Notes: generated from the letters alone by a model not told the origin. Numbered from the stretch's first letter, positions 39,340-50,063 are shown. The stretch: 64,000 nt of DNA from an uncultured bacterium (GCA_963977015.1 CAXBMO010000002.1:64001-128000); one strand, 5' to 3'. Numbers and translations: made by a program.

Positions 39340-40977
39340 TTATTCTCGTTCAAAGGTCGCGATCTCGCTTTGGGTTCCGTCTTTGAACGACAGCTGAACC
39401 GTTACGAATTTGGTAGCGTCAGGAACCGTGGTATAAATCGTCACATCGCTCGAAATATCGGCCATTCCCGGTTTCTCGTAGGCAGGAAAATCGAAGCTCT
39501 GATCCGGTGTCTCCTTGTCCACCCCGTAGCGAATGCCAGTCAACACTCCCCGATGAGTTAACAGATGGCTGAAATACAGCAGAGTCTTGTCATCCCAATC
39601 GCGGAACGAAACCCAGCCCTGACGAGTCAGTCGTAGCGTCTGTTTACTCTGCTCCATGGTAGCCATGACCGGATCAAACCCCACTTGATATGGGCCCATT
39701 TCAACTCCTGAAGCGTTTACATACTTGATCGAAAACTCCGACTTCTCTGCACTATTTGGTAAGGAGATCGTCATATTGGGTTGAAACTTCCCCGTGGAAT
39801 AACTTCTGGCCTGAGACATTCCCGTTGATTGGAATTCGGTTTCTCCGGGTTTCTTCCAAAAGATCTCCAAAGTCGGCTCAACGATTTGGATATTCCCCAT
39901 CCACCCGGAATTGGTGTGCATCCATGTCATGACAACAGGATCCTCCATCTGAATGGCGGAAGACTCCAATGCCTTGAGTCGTGCCTCTGCATCTGCCCGC
40001 CAGTTCGATACCATCTCCTTATCAACGAACAGTTTGGCGAGTTGACCTTTCGCATCCAATTCTTGAAACTGTTCCAGCAACGCCTTCTCCCGCCGCTTGT
40101 CTTCCAAACTCTGATTTCCTACCCGATCGCGAGAGAACTCCAAACTCATCAAATAGTAGGCGGGTGCATAGTCCGGATTTTCATTCAGGAATGCCTCCAG
40201 ATCCTGAATCCGCTTCTCCCGGTCCCACAACAAAATCGCCGCGACTTTGGGACCCGTCGTCGTTGATCGATTTGCGATATATTGATAGCTCTCGCGGGCA
40301 CCGGCTCGGCCCTCCTGGACTTTGAGAAAATCCTGGAAACGCAAATGCGGGTCCAGAAACTCCAGGTTGAAATTAAAATAGGCCAAATAGGCTCGACGCG
40401 CGTTGCCGTAATCTCCCTTCAACTCATAGAGCCTGGCATTGTGGTAGTACTGCTCCGGCGTCTTCGGATCCGAAATCACCCCTCCTTGATTGGCGAGTTC
40501 GGAAAACGCCGAGCTGATGTTTTCGACACTTTTGAGGACCTGATCAGTCTTGTCTTCGATTCGGACCGTCGTCTCCTTGATCTCCGCCACGTCCTGCTGA
40601 ATTAATCCCAGAGTCTCCTGTAGTGAAGCAATCGCGGGGACATTCGCGGCAACAACTCCCCGTTCCTCGCCTTCGCCCGCGGCCTGAAGAGCGACCATCG
40701 CTCCCGAAAACAATCCCATGAACAGGGCAAACACCGTCATCGGCAGCGCCCAGTTTCTCGCCGCCCGCGCGACGGCGGCCACCAATCCCAGAACGACCAG
40801 AGCGACTCCTGACGCCACCAACAAGTAGCTCGCAATCGGAGCCAGAGGTTGAAGAACATCGGAAATGAAACCAGCGACAAAGCTGATCGTGCCACCGGCT
40901 GCTGCGGTCTTTTCAAAGGATTGCCTGAGCTGCCCGGACAATTGCGGCGACTCCGGTGATGGATCGGGTTCGTTCAT
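39340..40977 (-). CDS. Membrane-anchored TPR-containing hypothetical protein
   Basis: N-terminal TM helices, a coiled coil, TPR-like helices (YHNARLYELKGDYGNARRAY; NPDYAPAYY) and a beta-rich C-terminus. Confidence 0.75.
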   Translation of the reverse strand: MNEPDPSPESPQLSGQLRQSFEKTAAAGGTISFVAGFISDVLQPLAPIASYLLVASGVALVVLGLVAAVARAARNWALPMTVFALFMGLFSGAMVALQAAGEGEERGVVAANVPAIASLQETLGLIQQDVAEIKETTVRIEDKTDQVLKSVENISSAFSELANQGGVISDPKTPEQYYHNARLYELKGDYGNARRAYLAYFNFNLEFLDPHLRFQDFLKVQEGRAGARESYQYIANRSTTTGPKVAAILLWDREKRIQDLEAFLNENPDYAPAYYLMSLEFSRDRVGNQSLEDKRREKALLEQFQELDAKGQLAKLFVDKEMVSNWRADAEARLKALESSAIQMEDPVVMTWMHTNSGWMGNIQIVEPTLEIFWKKPGETEFQSTGMSQARSYSTGKFQPNMTISLPNSAEKSEFSIKYVNASGVEMGPYQVGFDPVMATMEQSKQTLRLTRQGWVSFRDWDDKTLLYFSHLLTHRGVLTGIRYGVDKETPDQSFDFPAYEKPGMADISSDVTIYTTVPDATKFVTVQLSFKDGTQSEIATFERE

Positions 40978-41069
40978 GATGATCAGACGTCTTGAGATTA
41001 CGTCTGAGACGATAACCGTTCCCGAATCGAAGTGTCAAAACACGAAAAACAAACAATTCCGGCCAGGAA

Positions 41070-41774
41070 CTATCCGTTTGTAATCGAATCCTTGAGAATC
41101 TCCGCCCAATCGGATTGCGAAAGATCCTTGTTCAGTTTCACAAAAATTTCGAACTGCGACCAAACCGGCTTGGTGAAATAAACCAAAGGCTTGGGTCCCA
41201 ACTTCTCTTCATCATAGCGCACCGTATCCGTCGGAGCCGATTGAGGGACAATACAAGGATGCGAGGAATCAAACAGCTGAGTCCTCGGGACGACGGTATA
41301 CTCGGTGAATCCCAGATCTGCAAAGACGCGCTCAAAATCGGCAACCGTCATCAAATTCGTATGCCCATTCCAGTCCGACCAATCGATTTTCAGGCCAAAC
41401 TGCGCCAGGTAATCAGTGTCTTCGAAGCTGGGGTGGCGGATGAAGATGAAGTCACTAGCCATTCGTTTGGCGACCTCCAACATCTTGACCGCATCCTCCT
41501 CCGTCGGAAGGTGCTCGAGGAAGTCCAACATCGAGGCAAACTGAATGCAGGAATCCGGAAAATCGAGCTCGAGCACATTCTGGCCGACGATCGGAAAGCC
41601 CGCTTCCTTACAGGCTTCGATTTTCACGGGTTTCTTATCAAACCCAAGCCCTTTTCCACGTTTGAACCGGTTTTGACAGAAATCGATCGAACCTCCCGAG
41701 CCACAACCGAAGTCGGCAAAGGCAAACTCTCCATTCCTTAACGCGGCTAGTAACTCGGCTTCTTTGGGATCCAT
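41070..41774 (-). CDS. Class I SAM-dependent methyltransferase
   Basis: DFGCGSG and FLEHLP. Start taken at ATG 41774. Confidence 0.82.
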   Translation of the reverse strand: MDPKEAELLAALRNGEFAFADFGCGSGGSIDFCQNRFKRGKGLGFDKKPVKIEACKEAGFPIVGQNVLELDFPDSCIQFASMLDFLEHLPTEEDAVKMLEVAKRMASDFIFIRHPSFEDTDYLAQFGLKIDWSDWNGHTNLMTVADFERVFADLGFTEYTVVPRTQLFDSSHPCIVPQSAPTDTVRYDEEKLGPKPLVYFTKPVWSQFEIFVKLNKDLSQSDWAEILKDSITNG

Positions 41775-41895
41775 GATTCGCAACCAGATACTCGCTCTTG
41801 AACTAGTCAAGTTTCAGTTTCTGCCAGTGGCATCTGAAACGATTTTTCTTCAAAAGATTGTCGGCAGCCCGCACTTTTTCAGATAGGACTCTTGG

Positions 41896-43359
41896 ATGAT
41901 CTCCAGCCTAAAACCTCTCCTAGCCGGTCTCTGTATTCTTGCCATCCTTTCCGTTTGGTCCCAAGCTGAGGTTCGGGAATTCACCAGTTCCAGCGGGCAG
42001 AAAATCGTCGCGACGGTCTTGGAAGTGAAAGACGGGAAAGTGACCATCCAACGAAAGGATGGGCGAACGTTCACCGCCGCAATTTCCTTGTTCTCACCTG
42101 CAGACCAGGAATTCTTCAATCAATGGAAGCCGGCCGGAACCTCTGCCGGCTCCAGCAGTGATTGGTATCAGTGGAGAGGCCCCAACCGAAACGCGATTTC
42201 CGATGAATCCGGGCTCATGAGCGCGTGGGAGGATTCCGGCCCCTCGCTTTTGTGGAGAAACCGGGGATTGGGTTCCGGGATGTCGAGCCTGGTGATTTCA
42301 GGCGATCACTTTTTCACGATGGGCCAGATTGATGGCAAGACGATGATACTGTGTCGCAAGCTGGAAGATGGATCGGAAGTCTGGTCGACGCCCATCGGAA
42401 CGGGCGAGCCAAACTGCACTCCGACGGTTGATCCGGAATCGGGTCTTGTCTTCGGCCTCAGCAAAAAGGGCGAACTTGCCTGCCTCAACACGGAAGATGG
42501 CTCGCTGGTTTGGTCCACAGACTTTCAACGCGACTTTGGTGGGCAGATGATGTCGGGATGGGGCTACAGCGAATCGCCCCTGGTCGATGGGGATCGCTTG
42601 ATTTGCTCGCCCGGAGGAGACGAGGCGTTGCTTGCCGCGCTGGACAAGAGAACGGGAGAGACCATCTGGAAAACGCGAGCTCCCGACGGAGATCTTGGCC
42701 CGGCAGGAAAAGCGGGCGCGGGATATGGTTCGATCGTGATTTCGAATGGGGCAGGTATCAAGCACTACGTCCAGTTGGTTGGTCGCGGCTTGGTTGGCGT
42801 CTCCGCGGAGGACGGTCGCTTGCTCTGGAACTACAATCGCATCGCCAATGGCACGGCAAACGTGCCAACGCCCATTGTATCAGGTGACCTGGTGTTCGGC
42901 TCAACGGGTTACAATGATGGAGGAAGCGCGCTTCTGGAGCTTCGCAAGCGCGGGAATTCCGGCGTCTCTGCCAACGAGAGATACTACAAGAGCAACCGCG
43001 AGCTGCAAAATCACCATGGTGGAATGATCCTGCTTGGCGAGCACCTCTATCTGGGTCACGGGCACAACAACGGCTTTCCTGCCTGTATCGAACTCGAGAG
43101 CGGAGAAGCGCTTTGGGAGATTGACCGGGGTCCGGGATCCGGTTCCGCCGCAATCGTCTACGCCGATGGCCATCTCTACTTCCGCTACCAAGACCACACC
43201 ATGGCACTCTTTGAAGCCAATCCCAACGAACTGAAATTGAAGGGGACCTTCAAGATCGCATCTTCCAACAAGGAGAGCTGGCCGCATCCCGTGATTCAGG
43301 ACGGCAAACTTTACCTTCGCGATCAGGATGAGATTCTGTGCTACGACATCAAGGGATAA
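41896..43359 (+). CDS. PQQ-like (BamB-type) beta-propeller protein with an N-terminal SHD1 domain
   Basis: REFTSSSG..TIQRKDG..SLFSPADQEF (SHD1), DWYQWRGPNR, repeated G..xW blades and WPHPVIQDGKLYLRDQ. Confidence 0.88.
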   Translation: MISSLKPLLAGLCILAILSVWSQAEVREFTSSSGQKIVATVLEVKDGKVTIQRKDGRTFTAAISLFSPADQEFFNQWKPAGTSAGSSSDWYQWRGPNRNAISDESGLMSAWEDSGPSLLWRNRGLGSGMSSLVISGDHFFTMGQIDGKTMILCRKLEDGSEVWSTPIGTGEPNCTPTVDPESGLVFGLSKKGELACLNTEDGSLVWSTDFQRDFGGQMMSGWGYSESPLVDGDRLICSPGGDEALLAALDKRTGETIWKTRAPDGDLGPAGKAGAGYGSIVISNGAGIKHYVQLVGRGLVGVSAEDGRLLWNYNRIANGTANVPTPIVSGDLVFGSTGYNDGGSALLELRKRGNSGVSANERYYKSNRELQNHHGGMILLGEHLYLGHGHNNGFPACIELESGEALWEIDRGPGSGSAAIVYADGHLYFRYQDHTMALFEANPNELKLKGTFKIASSNKESWPHPVIQDGKLYLRDQDEILCYDIKG

Positions 43360-43374
43360 GCACCAGGATCCAGG

Positions 43375-44838
43375 CTAATGGTCGAGCAGCTTGTGAAAGA
43401 TTTTTTCCAAGAGATCCGCCTGACTCTCCGACAATTCGGTCGCATCCCACTTGGCCGCATCCGCGTTCACCGGTGTCAGCGTCGTCTCCACAGCTACGTT
43501 GGGATCGATCTCTTCCAGTAGACGTTGCGTGAGATCTTCGCGCCAATCATCAAGCGTTCCAGTAAGCCGAATCTGCGCCCAACTCCAGCCCGCAGCGGGA
43601 TAACTGAACCCGCCCGGCTTTCCTCCCGGAAATCGACCGACCACGGGAGCAGGGAGCGCCAAGTCAACGACTCCAGCCAACTCGCTCCCCACAATCGATA
43701 CTCGCCCCTGCATTCGCACCAATTCCGTCTCTTCGAAGACGATTTGATTCAATCGCACCAAGCCTGGCGTCCATTCGATTTCCCCATTGGCCCAATCCGA
43801 CTCGAGATTGGCCAGACGCCCGTCACCGGTCTGGCTGGAAATGAGCTTAAACATGCGCCAGTCGCTCATCTCAAGTCCCGTGAGCTGAAATCCCCCCAGG
43901 AAGCGAAATCGGTGAAGCTCCGGAAACCGCGCCACAAATTTGCCCTTCGCATCAATTGCGACCTGTTTCACCGGATTGGTCGTCGTTTTGATTCCTGACT
44001 GAAGTCCAAGTTTGATTCCGCGTGCTTCCACTTCAGCCGTCAACTCGTGACTTGCTCCATCGGTTGCAACGGGCCGAATCAGAATCTCCGAGCCATCTTT
44101 CCGGGAAACTTTTCCGTTCTCAAGTTTCCATCCCACCTCACTAACAGCCCCCACCAATTCGTCGAGATGCCATGGCTCGCCGCCACCCAACTTCAGTTCC
44201 CCATTCTGAATCTCCCAATTCAAGACCCCGTCGGAAAAACTCCCCTTTGCTTTGGTATCGACTGAAAAACTGGGAGCCCTGTTCCCATACGATGGCCCCT
44301 CCACCATGAGATTTGCGGCCCGAATCGAGGGAATGGAAATCGTGAACGGGATCACTCTCGATTCCGCGATATTCTGCAATACATCGGGGCTGAAATAGGA
44401 TGCAGCCGCCTCTTCCCGCGCCTGCCGTGGCGCATTGCCCAGCCAAACATTCAAATTCCTGACCTGGCTGCTTCTGAGTTTCCAGGTGGGGCTCAGCAAC
44501 GAGCGTAAATCGAGTTCCAACGCCAGATTTTCCAGATGAACGGCCCATTTTCCTGCTTTGGAAGCAATCCAGACGTCAGACGTGTTCAGAAAAACCAAGC
44601 TGTGAGAATTGAGCGGCGAAATATAAACATCAGCCTCCAATTGCTCGCTCAACTGCCGCGTAATCGCCGCCCTGAATTCCGGGCTTTCACACTTCCGTGC
44701 CGAGAAAATCAAAGCGCCGGTGCACGTGACCAGGAGCAAAAGGAACAGCACAACGCCAGTCCAGATCAAACCTGTCTTTCGAGGCTTCTCCCCAGCCGAA
44801 ATTTCGCGGCCTCTGAGCGGCGTTTCTCGCATCGTCAA
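43375..44838 (-). CDS. Membrane-anchored AsmA-like hypothetical protein
   Basis: Single N-terminal TM helix, long beta-rich body and LTGTLDDWREDL near the C-terminus. Confidence 0.6.
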   Translation of the reverse strand: MTMRETPLRGREISAGEKPRKTGLIWTGVVLFLLLLVTCTGALIFSARKCESPEFRAAITRQLSEQLEADVYISPLNSHSLVFLNTSDVWIASKAGKWAVHLENLALELDLRSLLSPTWKLRSSQVRNLNVWLGNAPRQAREEAAASYFSPDVLQNIAESRVIPFTISIPSIRAANLMVEGPSYGNRAPSFSVDTKAKGSFSDGVLNWEIQNGELKLGGGEPWHLDELVGAVSEVGWKLENGKVSRKDGSEILIRPVATDGASHELTAEVEARGIKLGLQSGIKTTTNPVKQVAIDAKGKFVARFPELHRFRFLGGFQLTGLEMSDWRMFKLISSQTGDGRLANLESDWANGEIEWTPGLVRLNQIVFEETELVRMQGRVSIVGSELAGVVDLALPAPVVGRFPGGKPGGFSYPAAGWSWAQIRLTGTLDDWREDLTQRLLEEIDPNVAVETTLTPVNADAAKWDATELSESQADLLEKIFHKLLDH

Positions 44839-44877
44839 AAGATAGACGTAAAAAGATGCTGATGCGATGAATGTTCC

Positions 44878-47325
44878 TTACAAAGATGCCTGGATCGCCT
44901 CTTTGATCGGGGTCCCGGAAGGATCTACAACGCTAACCGTGACAAAGAAAATCACCGCTTGTCTCTCATTCTCTTCAATATTGGATGAGAACAATTTTCC
45001 AAGAACCGGCACATCTCCCAAAATCGGAACACGATCCTGAATCATCGCGCGGCGCTCTTGCCGCAATCCACCAATCGCAATGGTGTGTCCGTCATAAACT
45101 TCGACCGACGTTGTGTTCCGAAGCGTCCGGAAAATAGGCATCAGAATTTCATTGGTCGTTGCAACGGTCGTTTCTCCACCAATGCCGACCTGTTGATAGG
45201 GAGATCCATAATTGATGAACCCTTGAAACTCAATGACCTCCGGATTGAGCGTCACCGAAATCGTCTCTCCGTCAGGCCCAATCGCCCCCTCCACCTCAAC
45301 AATGGAACCCAATTCACGCATCTCGAACGCGGTGGGAGTCGCCGGAGTAACCGGAACAGGGGATTGACCCGATCCGCCGATACCACCAATCGAGACCGAA
45401 GCAAAGACATCGTCAGGAATCTCAGGAGGATCATATTCGGTGGGGTAGATGAATTCCCTGACCGCCTTGGCCGATGCAATTTGTCCGGCTCGGGTTAACA
45501 CGGACATATTGGACGCAATATCGACTCCCCTTGCCTGATTGAGACTCCGTAGGACGACCTGAAATTGAGGATCCGTAAAGACACCGGCCAAAGCAAGTGT
45601 TCCCGGCGCTTTCCCCGTGGAAGAGGCGTTACTCGCGGTCGATCCATTTGCCAAAAGATTGTCCAGCGTATTGGGGAGCGCCCCTCCGCTTCGGTTGCCG
45701 GCGGTAAGGGGATTCTCACCAACCGGAGTCGTTGCCCCGGGGGCGCTAAAGGGGAAATCGTTCGAAGTCGTGCCTCCCGAGGATGCGTTCCCCTCCGTTC
45801 CTCCTCCGGCAAAGACGCGGTTGGAGTCACCAACGTTGAATTGCCCCAACAACCAATCGAACCCAATCTCGGCCAATCGTGTCTCTGTCACCTCCAAAAC
45901 CTTGACATCGAATTTCAAAAGCTGGGCAACGTTTCCGTAAGAGGCATCAATCAACGTCTCGATGAGATCGAGTTGAGTGAGGGTGTTGCGAACCAGCAGC
46001 GTACTCGTTTCCGGGAAAAACGTGGCAGTTCCGCCTTCAGCGAACTGAATACCGTTGTTGGTGAGAAACTCCTTGGCCGTTAATTTGGGTTGCAAGGCGC
46101 CGCCCCCTCCTCCGCCACCACCCAGATCAGCAAAGGGATCGGCATTACCACCAAATGGATCATCCCCACCACCAAGCGCGCCACCTGAAATAAAATCAGG
46201 AGGAACCCGATAGCGTTTTGTAATCAGCTGCTCGTCATCTGGCGCGGTCAGCGGAACGACCGTGATCGCATACTGATCCACGCGATATTTCATCCGCGCC
46301 AACTGGGTTGTGTAGTCGAGAACCGTTCCCAACGGCACATCCTTCAACCGCAAGGTTATTGGAGCGTTACTCGCGTTACCCTGAGCATTCGATAAGATGA
46401 TATCAACCCCTGCGCCGGTTGGGTCGATCTGCTTGCTGCGCTGGGACAAGAAGAAGAGGGCGTCGCGAAGTGGCGTCCCAACAAACTCCACATCGGGAAG
46501 CACAATCGAAGTCAGCTTTGACCGAATTGAATTCGCCTCAGTCGGATTGAGTTCCCGGAACGACGTATCAGCAAGAGCACTCAACCCCATTCGCGGAACG
46601 GGATTCTCCCACATGGCGCTGACGTCCGTCAGCATCGTCGCACGGGTTGAATCATAGGCCGCCTGATTGTAGGCGTTGATCAACTTGTCCACGTTTTCCA
46701 TCCCTCGCCGCGCCGCCTTGTTGTAGGGGTCGTAGTTCAAAATCTCGGCGTAGTGCATCGTCGCCTCATCATAGCGGCCCAGTTGGGCTGCGGAATCTGC
46801 CAAAATGAACAACTCCTGAACCCTCTCAACCCGCTCCAGGTTCTTGGGACTTTGCGCGGGTTCATAAACTCCACTTCCCTTCAAATCCTCAAAGAGGAGC
46901 GCGGTTTTGCGATCGATCGCACTGGGCGGAACCATGCTCCGTTGAGCGTCCCGATAAAATTCCTGAACAAGGTCGTGGGCTTCATTCATTCGCCCCTGTC
47001 TCGCCATTTCGTCCGCGTATTGTCGAAGAGCTTCCTGATACTTACTGAAGGCGAGCATCCGAATTTGCCGGCCGGCGGCATGAACCGGAGCCTCTTGGAA
47101 TGCCCGGCGATAGGTCTCATAGGCACCAGCACGATCCTCATCAGCCAGTCTGCGATCTCCTTCCAACATCAGGCGTTGAACGTTGGAAAGATCTTCCTGA
47201 CGACGAATGGACGCTTTGCGCGCCGCTTCGGTCACCGGACTTACCTCCTGGCCGGCCACGGGCCACGCCATTGCGGTAAGTAGGGCGATTACGAAAAGCG
47301 ATCGCAGTTGAGAACGAGGTTCCAT
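44878..47325 (-). CDS. Secretin (GspD/PilQ family, Amuc_1098-like) with N-terminal TPRs
   Basis: LLVRNT, EIGFDW, REFIYPTEYDPP, FQGFINYG, DGHTIAIGGL and DRVPILGDVPVLGKLF. Start taken at ATG 47325 (MEPRSQ..., signal peptide). Confidence 0.92.
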   Translation of the reverse strand: MEPRSQLRSLFVIALLTAMAWPVAGQEVSPVTEAARKASIRRQEDLSNVQRLMLEGDRRLADEDRAGAYETYRRAFQEAPVHAAGRQIRMLAFSKYQEALRQYADEMARQGRMNEAHDLVQEFYRDAQRSMVPPSAIDRKTALLFEDLKGSGVYEPAQSPKNLERVERVQELFILADSAAQLGRYDEATMHYAEILNYDPYNKAARRGMENVDKLINAYNQAAYDSTRATMLTDVSAMWENPVPRMGLSALADTSFRELNPTEANSIRSKLTSIVLPDVEFVGTPLRDALFFLSQRSKQIDPTGAGVDIILSNAQGNASNAPITLRLKDVPLGTVLDYTTQLARMKYRVDQYAITVVPLTAPDDEQLITKRYRVPPDFISGGALGGGDDPFGGNADPFADLGGGGGGGGALQPKLTAKEFLTNNGIQFAEGGTATFFPETSTLLVRNTLTQLDLIETLIDASYGNVAQLLKFDVKVLEVTETRLAEIGFDWLLGQFNVGDSNRVFAGGGTEGNASSGGTTSNDFPFSAPGATTPVGENPLTAGNRSGGALPNTLDNLLANGSTASNASSTGKAPGTLALAGVFTDPQFQVVLRSLNQARGVDIASNMSVLTRAGQIASAKAVREFIYPTEYDPPEIPDDVFASVSIGGIGGSGQSPVPVTPATPTAFEMRELGSIVEVEGAIGPDGETISVTLNPEVIEFQGFINYGSPYQQVGIGGETTVATTNEILMPIFRTLRNTTSVEVYDGHTIAIGGLRQERRAMIQDRVPILGDVPVLGKLFSSNIEENERQAVIFFVTVSVVDPSGTPIKEAIQASL

Positions 47326-47489
47326 TAAGAATTTTAAAAACTTAACAACGATAAGACGTGAGCAAGTTGGGAATAAAACGGATATTTGTTCGGGTTGGCG
47401 AGTTTGGCGCAAATCGTCTCCCTTGTAACGCAAAATTTTACCCGGCCCGATAAAATTTAAAAATCCGTGCCCGATCCCCCGACGAGATC

Positions 47490-48443
47490 CTAATTCTCTC
47501 CCTCGATCAATCCGTCGATAAACCCGGAATAGCGCAGAATTCCCGCCGCAACCGACTTCAACAGATGAACGGGATCGACCTCTTCGCCCCATTCAACGTG
47601 AACGGCAGCCCCGGTTGAACTCTGAAATGGGTGGGATGGCATTTGGTGAATCCCGGCATCAATCGCATTTCCATTCTTTGCTCCCGGCCCAAATGCCAAT
47701 CCACTCTGAATCAGGGTCGCCAAAGCGAGACTTTCGGCCGCGAACCGGTTCCCCGGATAAACGTGACGGACTTCCTCCGCAGAGTTGGCCATCATCGCGC
47801 GTTCCGGTGATCCCGGAGCCGCGAGGACGGAGCAGCGATACTCATAATGCGAAAGTTTGCCGTTGCCCTGGAAGCGAAGCCACAGAATACCCGCGCCCGA
47901 ATTGGCCTCCGCTGAAATCACTCCCGAGTTGGTCGGAACAAGTTCCACAGTTACCCCGAAACCGGCAAGCGCGTGTTGAAGCTCGAGAGTAATGTCATTG
48001 GCATCAGGCCGGGTTGACCATTTGTCTTCAACCGCCTCAACGTAAACGGTTTTGATGGGCTGAGGCTTAATGTGCTCCGTAGGACGCAAAATCAAATCCA
48101 ACAGGTTTGCCACATCAAACGCAGAGATGTGCGGTCGTTTTTCGATCATGGTCGGCGCATAGCTCAGCGCGTAAGTGAGACCATTGATGTGGAGCATTTT
48201 ATCGTCCACCTCCCCCTTGATTACCGCCCCTGATCCCCGTAGTTCAAACGTCGATTCCAGGGTTTTGGCCGTTTTAAACCCGTAGCTTTTCTGGATGCTT
48301 TCCAGCGATAAGTAAGGCCGTCCGCGATAGGTCGCGACCTCCCAATCATCAGCCCGAACGACCGATATTGTGGTGAGTCCGATCAGGAACAACGGAATGA
48401 GTCTTGAGCAAGCTTGACGCGCCAAATTGGAGGCAATGCGCAT
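47490..48443 (-). CDS. Secreted N-acetylmuramoyl-L-alanine-amidase-like protein with a degenerate catalytic domain
   Basis: Signal peptide; GRPYLSL..YGF and INGL..LSYAP N-domain; TVYVEA at the IDAGHGG position; PGN..ESLALA; AVHVEWG. Confidence 0.55.
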   Translation of the reverse strand: MRIASNLARQACSRLIPLFLIGLTTISVVRADDWEVATYRGRPYLSLESIQKSYGFKTAKTLESTFELRGSGAVIKGEVDDKMLHINGLTYALSYAPTMIEKRPHISAFDVANLLDLILRPTEHIKPQPIKTVYVEAVEDKWSTRPDANDITLELQHALAGFGVTVELVPTNSGVISAEANSGAGILWLRFQGNGKLSHYEYRCSVLAAPGSPERAMMANSAEEVRHVYPGNRFAAESLALATLIQSGLAFGPGAKNGNAIDAGIHQMPSHPFQSSTGAAVHVEWGEEVDPVHLLKSVAAGILRYSGFIDGLIEGEN

Positions 48444-48515
48444 GGGGTTAGGATCGCTGATTCTGGAAAAAGGCACAATCTGAATCTCCCTCGGTCCTCA
48501 AAATGAGCGAAACCG

Positions 48516-50036
48516 TCACTCCAAGAAGGCAGCCAAGTCTGCTTTGAACTTCGCCAGAGCTTCCAGATTCGTGTACATCATGTGACCCCCGTCGTAGTAA
48601 AAGGTTTCAATGTTTTCACGCAGACTGGGATCAATGGAAAGGTGATTCAGCGAATACTCAATCGCTGCCGGAGGGGTTGCCAGATCGTAATATCCGGCTG
48701 CGACAAAGACCTTGAGGTGCGGATTCTTCGTCATCGCATCCGTCAACCGGCTCCCGACATTCACATAGCGATTCGTAAACGGCTTGTAATCCCAGGGATG
48801 AACTGAGCCGGTCAAAAACTCATAAACCGCTTCGCTCTTGAACCCGATTTCATCGCGCAAATAGTGATTCATGGCACTCGAGAAGGGCCCCATGACCGCC
48901 GCACCCGAGGCGTCGTAGTCCGGATAATTTCCGGCCTTGTCAGGATCAATCCCGATCACCCGAGCGTCGAATCGACCGACGGACTTCCCTTGTTCCCGCA
49001 ACAGCAACTTCCGAAAGTAAAAGGCATCGGGCCGAAGATCGGCTCTTTCGATTTCAGCGGCGTCCAAACCCGTGAACTCAACCAATTTATCGACGATCGC
49101 CGTTCGGGTTTCGCTGTCGAGGGTATTTCCCTTCAACAAGGCATCGGCGTAATCGCCAAAGGCAAACTGATGAGCGGCTTCGTAAGCCTCCTTCGGGGAG
49201 GTCGCGTTGTTCTCGTCGTGATAGGAGGCCGTAGCCGCATAACTCGGCAGGAAGAAGAGGTAAGGCAGGTCGTTCCCCTGATGAAAAAGGATCGTCGAAA
49301 AATCCAGCAATGCTGAAACGAGAACAATTCCGTTCAAATACATCCCATATCGTCCCTGCAGATGCTCAGACAATCCGGCGGCACGGATTCCGCCGTAACT
49401 TTCCCCAATCAGGAACTTGGGAGAATCCCAGCGCCCATGCTCGGAGCAATACTGGTGAATGAAGGCTCCGACGGACTCAATATCCCCTTCCAAACCATGA
49501 AAACTGCCTTTCTTCTCCTCTTCCTCCGCTCGGCTGAACCCCGTGCTGACGGGATCGATAAACACGAGATCGACCACATCCAGAATCGAAAACTCGTTAT
49601 CGACGACTCCATACGGAGGCGCCGGCAATGTCGTTCCGGTCCCAGCTTCATCCAGCTTGACCCGACGAGGTCCGAGCCCGCCCAGATGAAGCCAAACGGA
49701 AGAGGAACCCGGTCCCCCATTGAAGCAGAAGGCGATCGGACGATCTTCCGCTTCGTCCCCAGGAACGACGGTGTAGGAGGTGTAGAAAATTTCCGCCCGG
49801 TCTGCTGCCGGATCTTTGGAGTCGGGCAAGGAAATGGAGGCAGCCGTAACCTCGTATTCGACGACGACGCCATCGATCGTCACCTGATTGGTCTTCGTGA
49901 CCGGCTCGGGTTTGGTCCCTTTTCCCGGCGCTTCCTTTTCGGGTTTCGGGGAATCTTCGGCTTTGGATTCCTCCTCCGCGTAAGCGAAGGGGAAAGCGAA
50001 ACAAGCAACGGCGAGGGTGGCGAAAAATCGATTCAT
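48516..50036 (-). CDS. Peptidase S10 serine carboxypeptidase
   Basis: FNGGPGSSS, IDPVSTGFS, GESYGG, GYYDLATP and GHMMY. Confidence 0.93.
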   Translation of the reverse strand: MNRFFATLAVACFAFPFAYAEEESKAEDSPKPEKEAPGKGTKPEPVTKTNQVTIDGVVVEYEVTAASISLPDSKDPAADRAEIFYTSYTVVPGDEAEDRPIAFCFNGGPGSSSVWLHLGGLGPRRVKLDEAGTGTTLPAPPYGVVDNEFSILDVVDLVFIDPVSTGFSRAEEEEKKGSFHGLEGDIESVGAFIHQYCSEHGRWDSPKFLIGESYGGIRAAGLSEHLQGRYGMYLNGIVLVSALLDFSTILFHQGNDLPYLFFLPSYAATASYHDENNATSPKEAYEAAHQFAFGDYADALLKGNTLDSETRTAIVDKLVEFTGLDAAEIERADLRPDAFYFRKLLLREQGKSVGRFDARVIGIDPDKAGNYPDYDASGAAVMGPFSSAMNHYLRDEIGFKSEAVYEFLTGSVHPWDYKPFTNRYVNVGSRLTDAMTKNPHLKVFVAAGYYDLATPPAAIEYSLNHLSIDPSLRENIETFYYDGGHMMYTNLEALAKFKADLAAFLE

Positions 50037-50063
50037 TGGGGCTACGCCGAGGTAGCATGCCGC

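Noticed and set aside
47326..47592. N-terminal extension of the secretin ORF (similar over-extensions at 60610-60990 and 2284-2469)
   Set aside because: These extensions overlap neighbouring genes or promoters; the downstream starts give proper signal peptides or domain boundaries.
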